A stretch of 47,068 bases of DNA from an uncultured Eubacteriales bacterium. Its GTDB lineage: Bacteria; Bacillota; Clostridia; Christensenellales; Christensenellaceae. This document shows, piece by piece, positions 10,486 through 19,166 of the stretch; within the stretch, counting starts at the first letter, position 1, and each line of letters starts with the position of its first letter. The position numbers and the translations under genes are program-made. The notes under the pieces were generated by a model. That model was not told the origin of the DNA and ran no database searches. It saw only the letters and a list, made by a program, of their open reading frames with translations. The stretch is taken from positions 1 through 47,068 of the forward strand of contig CABRQG010000001.1 of assembly GCA_902473035.1 (NCBI GenBank), in the 5' to 3' direction.

Positions 10486-11393
10486 CTCTTCCCTTCAAAA
10501 AACAACTTCTGTGCGTTTAGTCCCATGATCTTTTCTCGTTGACCTTGGGTCAACTTACAGTCTTTTAATACATAGTCGATCAATTGTTCATAAGTGCCAC
10601 GCATGAGCATCCCAGGGTAGTCACTGCCCCACAGAATTTTATCTGCACCCACGGTGTAACACAGTTTTTCCACATAGGTACTTCCTTCTACAAAGGGATA
10701 TTTCTCATTCGCCAGATAGGCCGGTGTGGTGGACACCTCGTACCAAGCGTTGTCATACCGTTTTACCAAATGGGTCAGAGCCTCTCTATCACCGGCGTTG
10801 CGTGCATTGGCAAACGCCGCCTCTGCACCTGTATGGCAAAATACAAATTGGATGTTTTTCCACCTCTTCACTAGTTCTTCCATGCACCCAATATCTCTGC
10901 CTTGGTACAGGTGGAGCATAACAATGGCTTTTTGGCTTTCGCACACCTGCCAGATGGGCTCCATTTCCCTATCGTCCAACAGCATATCCCGTCGAAATTG
11001 AAAGGCGCTTTCCACCTCAATTTTCAGGCCACAATACTCTGGTTGTTGGAGCAACTGTTCCAACTGTCGCGCCGCGCTCTCTCCTTTGGTTACGTCTACT
11101 AGCGCCAGAGCAATCAGCCGATCTGGCCATCTCGTCACTGCATGGGCTAAGTATTCGTTGTGGTAGCCATAAAATACATTGGGAAGCAACACCGCCTTAT
11201 TCACTCCGTAAAGATCCATATGAGCCATGAACATCTCTATCGTGCTGTTGGACTGTGCAAATGATGGGGGTAAAAACCAACTGATCTCATTTCCAGTTTT
11301 AATTTTTCCATAGGACAGGGATATCTGAGGCTGGCCGTTTTTGATTCCAGAGAACTGCTCAAAAACATGGGCATGTGTATCTATCAGCAGCAT
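10482..11393 (-). CDS. amidohydrolase-2 family protein (lactonase/decarboxylase-type metal hydrolase)
   Basis: N-terminal IDTHAHVF metal motif, internal CHTG and WGSDYP motifs; 303 aa. Confidence 0.65.
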   Translation of the reverse strand: MLLIDTHAHVFEQFSGIKNGQPQISLSYGKIKTGNEISWFLPPSFAQSNSTIEMFMAHMDLYGVNKAVLLPNVFYGYHNEYLAHAVTRWPDRLIALALVDVTKGESAARQLEQLLQQPEYCGLKIEVESAFQFRRDMLLDDREMEPIWQVCESQKAIVMLHLYQGRDIGCMEELVKRWKNIQFVFCHTGAEAAFANARNAGDREALTHLVKRYDNAWYEVSTTPAYLANEKYPFVEGSTYVEKLCYTVGADKILWGSDYPGMLMRGTYEQLIDYVLKDCKLTQGQREKIMGLNAQKLFFEGKR

Positions 11394-11405
11394 ACCATCC
11401 CCACC

Positions 11406-12191
11406 TTATTCTTTCCAGAAAGCGGCACCCGGCAGGGAGCCATCCATCTCATGGCCACCATCCAGGCACACTCTAGACCCAGTCATAAACCAGGACTCGT
11501 CAGATACCATATAGAGTGCTGCATGGGCAATATCTTTTGGGTAGGCGATTTTGCCCACTGGTATGCGTTTTTCCAACGCCGCTACCACAGCAGGAGTATA
11601 CATATCTTTGTTGATCTCGGTATAGACCGCCCCAGGGGCCAGTATATTAGCCGTGATCCCATAGGGAGCTACTTCCGAGGCAAGGGTTCGGGTGAATGCC
11701 TCAATGCCGCCTTTAGTGGCGGTATAAGCACAGGCGTCAGGTTCGGATATTTTCGCGTGGATGGACGATACATTGACAATTCTGCCGCCTTTGCCCTGTT
11801 TAATCATCTGAGCAGCAGCGTATTTACTGCCGTAAAACACACCATACAGGTTATTGCGAATCACTTTATCCCATTTTTCCAGTTCCAAATCCACCACTGT
11901 TCCTTGGGCAATTCTCCCTGCATTGTTAACCATAATATTTAATTGGCCATAGCGCTCTACTGTCTCCTCTACAAACGCCTTGACCTCCTGGGCATTGGAC
12001 ACATCCGCCTTTACAAAAAAGGCCTCTGAACCCGCATCTTTTACCATCTGCACTGCTGAAGCGCCTCGTTCTTCATTTTGTCCTACCAGACAGAGTTTCG
12101 CTCCTGCTTTGGCAAACAGTTCCGCCATGCCTCGTCCGATACCGGAGTTCCCACCAGTAATAATTGCAACTTTTCCCTCTAATGAAAGCAT
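11406..12191 (-). CDS. short-chain dehydrogenase/reductase (classical, catalytic motifs intact)
   Basis: TGGNSGIG cofactor motif, NNAG, S...YTATK catalytic triad. Confidence 0.85.
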   Translation of the reverse strand: MLSLEGKVAIITGGNSGIGRGMAELFAKAGAKLCLVGQNEERGASAVQMVKDAGSEAFFVKADVSNAQEVKAFVEETVERYGQLNIMVNNAGRIAQGTVVDLELEKWDKVIRNNLYGVFYGSKYAAAQMIKQGKGGRIVNVSSIHAKISEPDACAYTATKGGIEAFTRTLASEVAPYGITANILAPGAVYTEINKDMYTPAVVAALEKRIPVGKIAYPKDIAHAALYMVSDESWFMTGSRVCLDGGHEMDGSLPGAAFWKE

Positions 12192-12257
12192 TTCCTTTTA
12201 CTCCTCTCTTTGCTTGCCAAGGAGCTAGCTACGCGGCCAGCCCCTTTTTAGCTGTCC

Positions 12258-12623
12258 TTAAAACTGTTTTAGTTTGCCATTTAGTTGCTGTTCCAGGTCA
12301 AACACCTTTTCCAACACATCCATATCGCTGTTGAAGTTCCCATCAGCATCTAGGCACTGTTCCTCTTCTTCGCTGAGCCAAGGCACTACCGTCTGATACC
12401 ACTTCTTGCCACATTCTGTCTCTCCAAATCCCTTCATAAATACCTCATAATCATCTGTCTTGACGTATACAATAGCAATATCCCGATAGATATAGATGAC
12501 TTCTTCCTCTGCTCCATTGTCCTTAAGCGCCTGTAAAATTTCCATAGGCGCAGTCTTATGGATGTTCATGTAGTTTTCCTTATACTCTGGTTTTAGTACG
12601 TTAATAAAGCAATACTTTTTCAT
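12258..12623 (-). CDS. RhaM/DUF718-like sugar mutarotase
   Basis: 121 aa. The N-terminal pattern (CFINVLKPEYKENYMNIHKT ... ILQALKDNG) resembles L-rhamnose mutarotase-family proteins. Confidence 0.5.
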   Translation of the reverse strand: MKKYCFINVLKPEYKENYMNIHKTAPMEILQALKDNGAEEEVIYIYRDIAIVYVKTDDYEVFMKGFGETECGKKWYQTVVPWLSEEEEQCLDADGNFNSDMDVLEKVFDLEQQLNGKLKQF

Positions 12624-12673
12624 GTTTTTATCTCCTATCGTGTCATATTGTCGATTTGATATTCCGTGTTTCC

Positions 12674-13393
12674 TTAGCCCATATACATGCCGCCGTTTAC
12701 GTCCAACACTGCTCCAGTGATAAAGCCCGCCTTATCCGAGGCTAAAAACGCCACTGCATTGGCGATATCCTCCGGTGTGCCAAACTTCCGCAAGGGAATG
12801 GTCAGTCTCACTTTTTCCCTTCTCTGTTCATCCAGTTTTTGGAACATATCCGTCATAGTGGGGCCAGGCGCCACACAATTCACGTGGATGTTGTACGGGG
12901 CCAGCTTGGCAGCCAATCCGCGGGTCATGCCGATTACGCCCGCTTCCAATCCGCCGTTTCTGCCAGCGATGGAAGATAGGTTGACAATTTTACCATACCC
13001 TTGTACCTTCATTTGCTCTAGCACGCTTTGAATGAGAAAAAAGGCGCCTCTCAAATTGATGGAATGTTCTAAATCCCATTCCTTTAATGTGATGTCTTCC
13101 ACCGGTGTAATTCCATAGATGCCGGCGTTGTTCACCAGAATGTGAATCGCCCCATGTGTTTTTATTACATCTGCTGCCATTTTCTGCACAGCCTCTACAT
13201 CAGTTAAATTGACCTCATAGGCGTGTGCTTTTCCTCCCTGGCAGCAAATCTCCTGGGCGCTGGCGCGTGCCCTTTCCCCATCTAGATCTGCCAGGATGAC
13301 GGTTGCACCTCCCATCGCCAGTTGCCTTGCGCACTCTTTACCGATGCCCTTGGCTGAGCCAGTGACAATTGCAATTTTGTCTTGAAATTCCAT
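12674..13393 (-). CDS. SDR-fold protein lacking the YxxxK catalytic motif
   Basis: TGSAKGIG and NNAG are present. About 8 residues, including the catalytic Tyr and Lys, are absent between SSIAGRNGG and AGVIGMT. AAGGAA RBS before ATG 13393; the ORF track start 13438 is probably too early. Confidence 0.75.
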   Translation of the reverse strand: MEFQDKIAIVTGSAKGIGKECARQLAMGGATVILADLDGERARASAQEICCQGGKAHAYEVNLTDVEAVQKMAADVIKTHGAIHILVNNAGIYGITPVEDITLKEWDLEHSINLRGAFFLIQSVLEQMKVQGYGKIVNLSSIAGRNGGLEAGVIGMTRGLAAKLAPYNIHVNCVAPGPTMTDMFQKLDEQRREKVRLTIPLRKFGTPEDIANAVAFLASDKAGFITGAVLDVNGGMYMG

Positions 13394-13492
13394 TTTGATG
13401 TTCCTTCTCTCTGTTTTTTGGGTGCGGGAAATAATCACTTGGCCAAATTTTGTCCAAGAGCGCTTATTTCTCTCTTCCCTATTGTTTTGTCA

Positions 13493-14515
13493 TTAGGTAG
13501 ATTGCCTGATAATTAATTCTGGCTGTAACACCACTTTGAGCAGTTCTCCATAGGATTTTTCAGCTTCTAGTGAGTTGATGATATACTCTGCTGCCTTTGA
13601 CCCTATAGTATATCTGGCGTGGTGTACCGAAGTGAGTGGGATTTCCAGATATTCTGTAATCTCTATGTCGTCACAACTTACAATGCCGACCTGGTCGGGA
13701 ATGGATACCTGATGGTTCCTAAGCGCTTTGAGCACCCCTATGGCAATATAGCTTCCCAGACAGACAAGAGAGTAAGGCGGCTTTTTTTCCTTGATCAACT
13801 GCTCTGCCGCCAAAAAGCCTCCACGGCTGGTGTTTTCTGTATAAAGAGCCATATCGCTTTTAAACTGCCTATTTTGGCTTTTCAATATCTCCTGAAATGC
13901 ATTTAGGCGAATCTTAGTAGGCAAAAGTTCTTTTGGACCACCCACAAAATAGATTGGTCGGTCATGGTAGCGCTCCAGTAGATGGGTCGTAGCCAGTTCA
14001 ATAATTTTCTTATCGTTGTTGATCACAAAGCTCACATCGTCCAGCTGTGCGGTATCGAACTCTCTGGCCATGAGGATACAGGGCAAAGTGAGATTGCGGT
14101 AGTTTTCTGGCTGAACAGGTACAGCTAGTATCCCATCCACTTGTAAACTGATGGCTGTATGAATCGCCTGTCTTTCATCTTCTTCATTTTCATTGGTATT
14201 CATGAAGATGACGATGTAGTTTTTCTTTTTGGCGGTTTCCTCAATCCCTTTGATGAGTAATGCATTGTATGGATTTGCGTTATCCGGCACCAAAATACAC
14301 AGGGTTTTGGATTTGCCTGTCCGCAACACATTGGCAAAATAGTTGGTCGAATAGTTCATCTCCTTTGCTGCTTTAATCACCTTTTGTCTGGTCTCTTCAC
14401 TGATATCAGGACTTCCCTTTAGGGAACGGCTCACAGCAGCAGTAGAGATGCCCACTTTGTTGGCAATGTCTTTTAATGTTACGCGATTTGATTTTTTTGT
14501 CGTTGTCTTGCTCAC
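13493..14515 (-). CDS. LacI-family transcriptional regulator
   Basis: N-terminal HTH VTLKDIANKVGISTAAVSRSLKG plus a periplasmic-binding-like core; 340 aa. Confidence 0.85.
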   Translation of the reverse strand: MSKTTTKKSNRVTLKDIANKVGISTAAVSRSLKGSPDISEETRQKVIKAAKEMNYSTNYFANVLRTGKSKTLCILVPDNANPYNALLIKGIEETAKKKNYIVIFMNTNENEEDERQAIHTAISLQVDGILAVPVQPENYRNLTLPCILMAREFDTAQLDDVSFVINNDKKIIELATTHLLERYHDRPIYFVGGPKELLPTKIRLNAFQEILKSQNRQFKSDMALYTENTSRGGFLAAEQLIKEKKPPYSLVCLGSYIAIGVLKALRNHQVSIPDQVGIVSCDDIEITEYLEIPLTSVHHARYTIGSKAAEYIINSLEAEKSYGELLKVVLQPELIIRQST

Positions 14516-14602
14516 TATTCCACCTCAAATACTACAAAAGATCCATACAGAATTATGCTACCATATTTTATTGTAAATTGTCACCATAATTGTATTATTT
14601 GA

Positions 14603-15583
14603 CTATTTATTTTCGGTCTGTGCAATGATCTCATCCACATTTTCCTGAGTAACTAGCACGAAAGGCACCATGATATCATGTTCGGTCTCTTCGCCTTTTG
14701 CCCACTGAAGCGCCACGTCAATGGAGGTTTCTCCCTGGGTTTTAGCATCTTGGAACACCGTGCAAGCAAGTCTCCCATCCTTTACAGCTAGCAGCGCATC
14801 TGCAATGGCGTCTACGCCTACTACGATGATCTCATCTTGCCTGCCGCGTGCCTCTACTGCCTGTAAGGCACCCATTGCCATATCATCGTTTTGGCACAAA
14901 ATCGCATCAATGTCTGGATATTGGGTGAGCCAGTCCTCTGCCAAAGTCATCGCTTGATCACGCTGCCAATCGGCGTTTTGTTCTGCCAGCACCTCAATTT
15001 CCGTGCCATCTAACAGGCCTTTTTGCACGCCTTCTCTTCTCTCGTTGGTAGCAGATTGGCCAGCTAGGCCCTGCATAATGCACACTTTGCCTTTGCCACC
15101 TAATAGCTCTTTCACATAGTTTCCTTGAATGTAGCCAGCTTCCACATCGTCCGACCCCACATAAGCCTGGTAATCTTTGGATTCTGTGGGCAGGTTGCAC
15201 TCAATGATGGGAATCCCCTTTTCGTTGCAAAGCTCTACTGCTGCATCCAGCCCCTTCGAATCGTGTGCATTCAAGATCACTGCATCCACACCCTGGGCTA
15301 CAAATGTCTCTACTTGAGAGATTTGAGTCGCAATATCAGCAGAGGCATCTTGCATGATGATCTCCAGCCCCGGAATTTCCTCAGCGTGTTTCTGCATCGC
15401 ATCTGCAATGTTCTTGGGGAATTCATCTTGCAGGTTCTTCATGGTGATGCCAATGGTGTAGGTCTCTTCCCCTTCTGCAGGCGCATTGCTATCTTGCGTT
15501 GTCGCCTCCGGCTGTTGGGCGCACCCTACTAGCATGAGAGTTACCATCATCACACACAGCACAATTGCTAACCATTTTTTCAT
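14603..15583 (-). CDS. sugar ABC transporter substrate-binding lipoprotein (RbsB-like)
   Basis: Lipobox LMLVGC. Type I PBP fold signatures; 326 aa. Confidence 0.8.
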   Translation of the reverse strand: MKKWLAIVLCVMMVTLMLVGCAQQPEATTQDSNAPAEGEETYTIGITMKNLQDEFPKNIADAMQKHAEEIPGLEIIMQDASADIATQISQVETFVAQGVDAVILNAHDSKGLDAAVELCNEKGIPIIECNLPTESKDYQAYVGSDDVEAGYIQGNYVKELLGGKGKVCIMQGLAGQSATNERREGVQKGLLDGTEIEVLAEQNADWQRDQAMTLAEDWLTQYPDIDAILCQNDDMAMGALQAVEARGRQDEIIVVGVDAIADALLAVKDGRLACTVFQDAKTQGETSIDVALQWAKGEETEHDIMVPFVLVTQENVDEIIAQTENK

Positions 15584-15670
15584 TCTTTTTTCCTCCTACT
15601 TTATTTTTTATTAGCTATGCGCTAATATTTTCCATAGATTCTCTTCCGTCTTTCTTCACCTTGCCTATAT

Positions 15671-16648
15671 TTATTTCCTGCCCCGCTTATTGAGCATATC
15701 GAACAACACTGCTGCCAAAATGATCACACCTTTACAAATATCCTGGTAATAGGAGGATACGTTGAGCAGCGTTAAGGCGTTGTTGAGAATGCCGATGACG
15801 ATAAAGCCCACTACCGTACCGGCAATCGTTCCCACGCCACCAGAAAGGCTAGTGCCACCGATGACTACGGCAGTAATGGCATCTAACTCATAGCCTTCGC
15901 CAATGGCCGGCTGCCCCGAGCTGATTCTAGCCGCTAAGATAATGCCCGATATCCCAGCAAACAGGCCATTGATGGAATATACCGCGATTCTCTTCCTCTT
16001 GACTTTTACTCCAGACATCACTGCAGTGTTGGCATTGCCGCCGATGGCGTAAATCTCCCTGCCAAAGGTGGTATGATGCAGCAGTACATAGCTGAAGATG
16101 ATAAGCACCACCAGTATAATCACCGGAATGGGAATAATCCCTAGATGTCCCTGGCCAATCTGCCGAAAGGATTCGGACGATAGAATATAAGGCCGTCCAT
16201 CCGCATACACCAATCCAAAGCCACGGGCAATGGTCATAGTGGCCAGCGTCACCACAAAGGGTGGCATGTTAAATCCTGCAATAAATGCTCCATTAATGAG
16301 TCCAAAGATTGTGGTCACCGCCAGCGCCGCCAAAATTGCCAACCACACCAAGCTCTCATCGATGGTGATAATACTGCCTGCAATCGTCCCCGCTACCGCT
16401 ACCAACGCGCCCACAGATAAATCAATGCCGTCGCTTATGATGACCAATGTCATGCTCAGGGCAATAATTCCATTAATCGATACCTGACGCAGAACGTTTA
16501 GTATGTTATCTGCCGTAAAAAACACATTGGATATAATGCTCATCACGATGATCATAATTAACATTACAATCAAAAGACCATATTTTCTCAAAAGATTACC
16601 CAAATTTTTGTTGCTGGATAGCACAGCTTCTTGTTTTCCCATGTTCAT
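15671..16648 (-). CDS. sugar ABC transporter permease (RbsC/AraH-like)
   Basis: 325-aa polytopic protein with a typical monosaccharide permease sequence. Confidence 0.8.
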   Translation of the reverse strand: MNMGKQEAVLSSNKNLGNLLRKYGLLIVMLIMIIVMSIISNVFFTADNILNVLRQVSINGIIALSMTLVIISDGIDLSVGALVAVAGTIAGSIITIDESLVWLAILAALAVTTIFGLINGAFIAGFNMPPFVVTLATMTIARGFGLVYADGRPYILSSESFRQIGQGHLGIIPIPVIILVVLIIFSYVLLHHTTFGREIYAIGGNANTAVMSGVKVKRKRIAVYSINGLFAGISGIILAARISSGQPAIGEGYELDAITAVVIGGTSLSGGVGTIAGTVVGFIVIGILNNALTLLNVSSYYQDICKGVIILAAVLFDMLNKRGRK

Positions 16649-16650
16649 GT

Positions 16651-18150
16651 TTATACTCCTCCCAATGCATAGCGTATAATCGTCTCGGAATCCGCATCAT
16701 CCCTAGAGCATTCGCCCCGAATACGGCCGCCACTCACAATGATAATCCTGTCACTCATCCCCATAATCTCCGGCATCTCTGAGGATATGAGTATGATTGC
16801 GATGCCCTGGCTTGCCAAATCGCAGATCATTTTATGGATTTCCGATTTCGCCCCTACATCAATTCCTCTGGTCGGTTCATCCAAGATGAGCACTTTGGGG
16901 TGGGTGAGCAACCACTTTGCCAAAACCACCTTTTGCTGATTGCCGCCCGATAGATTCTCCACAAGCTGTTGCGGTCCGCTCATCTTGACGTTGAGGGATT
17001 TTGCCATTTCTAGTACTCTCTTTTTTTCCTCTCTCCGATTGATAATGCTCCATTTGGATATTTGTTTGAGACTTGCTAGGGAAATGTTCTCCAAAATAGA
17101 CCGGCATACCACTAAGCCTAGTTCTTTCCTATCCTCGGTAACCAAGATAACGCCTTCACGAATCGCATCACTGGTGTGTTTAATAGAGAGTTTTTTGCCG
17201 CCTAAAAAGATCTCACCTGCATCCAAAGGGTCATATCCCACAATAGACTTGACAATTTCACTTCGCCCCGCACCTACCAGGCCAGTAATCCCTAAAATCT
17301 CGCCCTTTTTTACTGAAAAACTCACATCCTCAAAGACGCCTTTATGCGTAAGCCCTTTCACTTCAAAAATCGTCTCCCCAATGGGTACTTGGTATTTCGG
17401 GAAGATGTTATTGAGTTCTCGCCCCACCATCATGGAGATGAGCTGATCTTTGGTAATCTCACTGGCTTTTTCCTCACCGATAAAACACCCATCTCGAAAT
17501 ACTGTGATTCTATCGCTAATTTGGAAGATTTCATCCATTCTGTGAGATATGTACACAATGCTGACGCCTTTGCTCTTTAAATTTCGAATCATTCGAAAGA
17601 GCACATCCACTTCACTTTCTGATAGTGCAGAAGTGGGCTCATCCATGAGAATTATTTTCGATTCTCTTGACACAGCTTTTACGATTTCCACCATCTGCAT
17701 CTGTGCTACACTCAAATCCCGTAGCAACGTCTGAGGAGAAAACATTTCGCCAATCTCTAACTCCTCAAACAGCTTTTTCGTCTGTTCAAATTGCCTTTTC
17801 CTGTCAATAAATGGCGTGTGTTTATATTTCATTTGCCTTCCTATAAATAGGTTATCCGCCACCGTCATATCGAGAATTGGGCTTAATTCCTGGTGAATCA
17901 TGCAAATACCTGCATCCAAAGACTCCTTAGGGCTATTTACCTTTAGGGGTTTTCCTTCAAAGAAAATTTCGCCACTGTCCTTTTTATTGAGGCCTATCAA
18001 AATTTTCATCAAAGTGGATTTACCTGCACCGTTTTCACCCATAAGTGCGTGCACTTCCCCCTTGCGCACTGTAAAATTCACATTTTTTAGCGCCTGTACG
18101 CCCGGGAAAGATTTCGACACTCCCTTGACTTCCAACAAAACATCATTCAT
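16651..18150 (-). CDS. sugar ABC transporter ATP-binding protein (two fused ATPase domains)
   Basis: Walker A GENGAGKST, signature LSGGNQQK, Walker B LILDEPT; 499 aa. Confidence 0.9.
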   Translation of the reverse strand: MNDVLLEVKGVSKSFPGVQALKNVNFTVRKGEVHALMGENGAGKSTLMKILIGLNKKDSGEIFFEGKPLKVNSPKESLDAGICMIHQELSPILDMTVADNLFIGRQMKYKHTPFIDRKRQFEQTKKLFEELEIGEMFSPQTLLRDLSVAQMQMVEIVKAVSRESKIILMDEPTSALSESEVDVLFRMIRNLKSKGVSIVYISHRMDEIFQISDRITVFRDGCFIGEEKASEITKDQLISMMVGRELNNIFPKYQVPIGETIFEVKGLTHKGVFEDVSFSVKKGEILGITGLVGAGRSEIVKSIVGYDPLDAGEIFLGGKKLSIKHTSDAIREGVILVTEDRKELGLVVCRSILENISLASLKQISKWSIINRREEKKRVLEMAKSLNVKMSGPQQLVENLSGGNQQKVVLAKWLLTHPKVLILDEPTRGIDVGAKSEIHKMICDLASQGIAIILISSEMPEIMGMSDRIIIVSGGRIRGECSRDDADSETIIRYALGGV

Positions 18151-18245
18151 CTGATCGCTCCTTTAATTATCAGTTTCCATTTGTTTTGAGTATTTTGTTT
18201 TACGAATTCCTTGGATGTTACTAGTGAGATTTTAGCTAAAAATTT

Positions 18246-18261
18246 ACTATAACGTTATAGT
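18246..18261. promoter_or_regulatory. LacI-type operator O1
   Basis: ACTATAACGTTATAGT, a perfect 16-bp palindrome with a central CG, just downstream of the -10 box. Confidence 0.6.
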
Positions 18262-18264
18262 TAA

Positions 18265-18293
18265 ATAATATGCTAATATTTTCATTATGTCAA
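18265..18293 (-). promoter_or_regulatory. promoter of the sugar locus
   Basis: Minus strand: TTGACA (18288-18293), 17 nt, TATTAT (18265-18270). Confidence 0.6.
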
Positions 18294-18384
18294 TACTTTT
18301 TTTAAAATTTTTAGAACATTTCTATTATATTTACGTTTTTTCCGGCTTTTAGCCCATATTTCGCTTACTCTTTTTCGAATATTT

Positions 18385-18400
18385 ACTATAACGTTAAAGC
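18385..18400. promoter_or_regulatory. LacI-type operator O2 (imperfect copy)
   Basis: ACTATAACGTTAAAGC shares the ATTTACTATAACGTTA left arm with O1. Centres are 139 bp apart. Confidence 0.45.
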
Positions 18401-18610
18401 AAATATCCTGCTCTTCTACATTTTATTCCATTAACCTTTGATGGCCTCCACTCTTTCATCCGCATTGTCCTTTGGTCGGTATCAAGCTACTCTTTTTACA
18501 TTCATTGAAGTACTAATTACCCGGCATCATCACAGTGCAATCATCTCACACAAATTGTAGTTTTTATCGCATTTTTTCGCTTATTCTTTACAATCCCCCA
18601 TCTTTTAGTC

Positions 18611-18951
18611 AAAAAAATATCACAACTCCCTTTTTGTGAATTGCGATATTTCCTCGGGCCGTCGCCCATAGTGTAAACTGCCAATATGGATGTTTCCTTT
18701 CGGGCATAAAAATACCGCAACCCATCAACGTGAATTGCGATATTCGCTCGGGCCGTCGCCCGTGGTGTAAACTGCCAATATGGACGTTTCCTTTCGGGCA
18801 TAAAAAATATCGCAACCCATCAAAGTAAATTGCGATATTCGCTCGGGCCGTCGCCCATAGTGTAAACTGCCAATATGGATGTTTCCTTTCGGGCATAAAA
18901 ATACCGCAACCCATCAACGTGAATTGCGATATTCGCTCGGGCCGTCGCCCG
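18611..18951 (-). repeat. tandem array of the tRNA-Val trailer (94/95-bp units, 189-bp super-unit)
   Basis: cgggccgtcgccc recurs at 18655, 18749, 18844 and 18938. 18655-18767 is identical to 18844-18956. Each unit carries a GC hairpin and a terminator-like hairpin plus T-tract. Confidence 0.9.
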
Positions 18952-19027
18952 TGGTGGGAGCAACAGGGCTCGAACCTGTGACCCCCTGCTTGTAAGGCAG
19001 GTGCTCTCCCAGCTGAGCTATGCTCCC
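18952..19027 (-). tRNA. tRNA-Val (anticodon UAC), CCA encoded
   Basis: Folds by hand as a cloverleaf: GGGAGCA acceptor, GCTC/GAGC D stem, CCTGC-CTTACAA-GCAGG anticodon arm, ACAGG-TTCGAGC-CCTGT T arm, TGCTCCC-A-CCA. 76 nt. Confidence 0.9.
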
Positions 19028-19054
19028 ATCCATATTCTTTTACAGTGCTCTTCT

Positions 19055-19083
19055 ATTTTAGCGTGTTTTTCCCCAGTTGTCAA
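19055..19083 (-). promoter_or_regulatory. tRNA-Val promoter
   Basis: Minus strand: TTGACA (19078-19083), 17 nt, TAAAAT (19055-19060), about 25 nt upstream of the tRNA 5' end. Confidence 0.6.
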
Positions 19084-19122
19084 TGGTTTTGCCTGTAACC
19101 ATGTCTCCACAGAGAAATTTCA

Positions 19123-19153
19123 AGAAAGCCAGCAGATCCGATCTCTCCACTGG
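19123..19153 (-). terminator. possible his operon terminator
   Basis: AAGCCAG...CTGGCTT hairpin after the hisIE stop. The T-tract is weak on the minus strand. Confidence 0.4.
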
Positions 19154-19166
19154 CTTTTTATATTTC

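Noticed and set aside
11367-11942. 191-aa plus-strand ORF. Similar long antisense ORFs occur at 16940-17446, 20051-20581, 32165-32632 and 37146-37790.
   Set aside because: All lie fully antisense within well-supported genes (SDR, ABC ATPase, hisF, tape-measure-like gene, P-type ATPase). They have low-complexity Ser/Pro/Ala-rich translations and lack RBSs.
18541-18917. Two long minus-strand ORFs (86 and 102 aa) with repeating peptide blocks (..GCGIFMPERKHPYWQFTLWATARANIAI..).
   Set aside because: They are read straight through the 94/189-bp tandem DNA repeat downstream of tRNA-Val. They have no RBS, and their periodicity simply mirrors the DNA repeat, so they are spurious.
18611-18951. Possible CRISPR array, because of regularly spaced hairpin-forming repeats.
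   Set aside because: The units are contiguous with no unique spacers, the period is about 94 bp with two alternating variants, and there are no cas genes in the window. It is a tandem duplication, not a CRISPR array.
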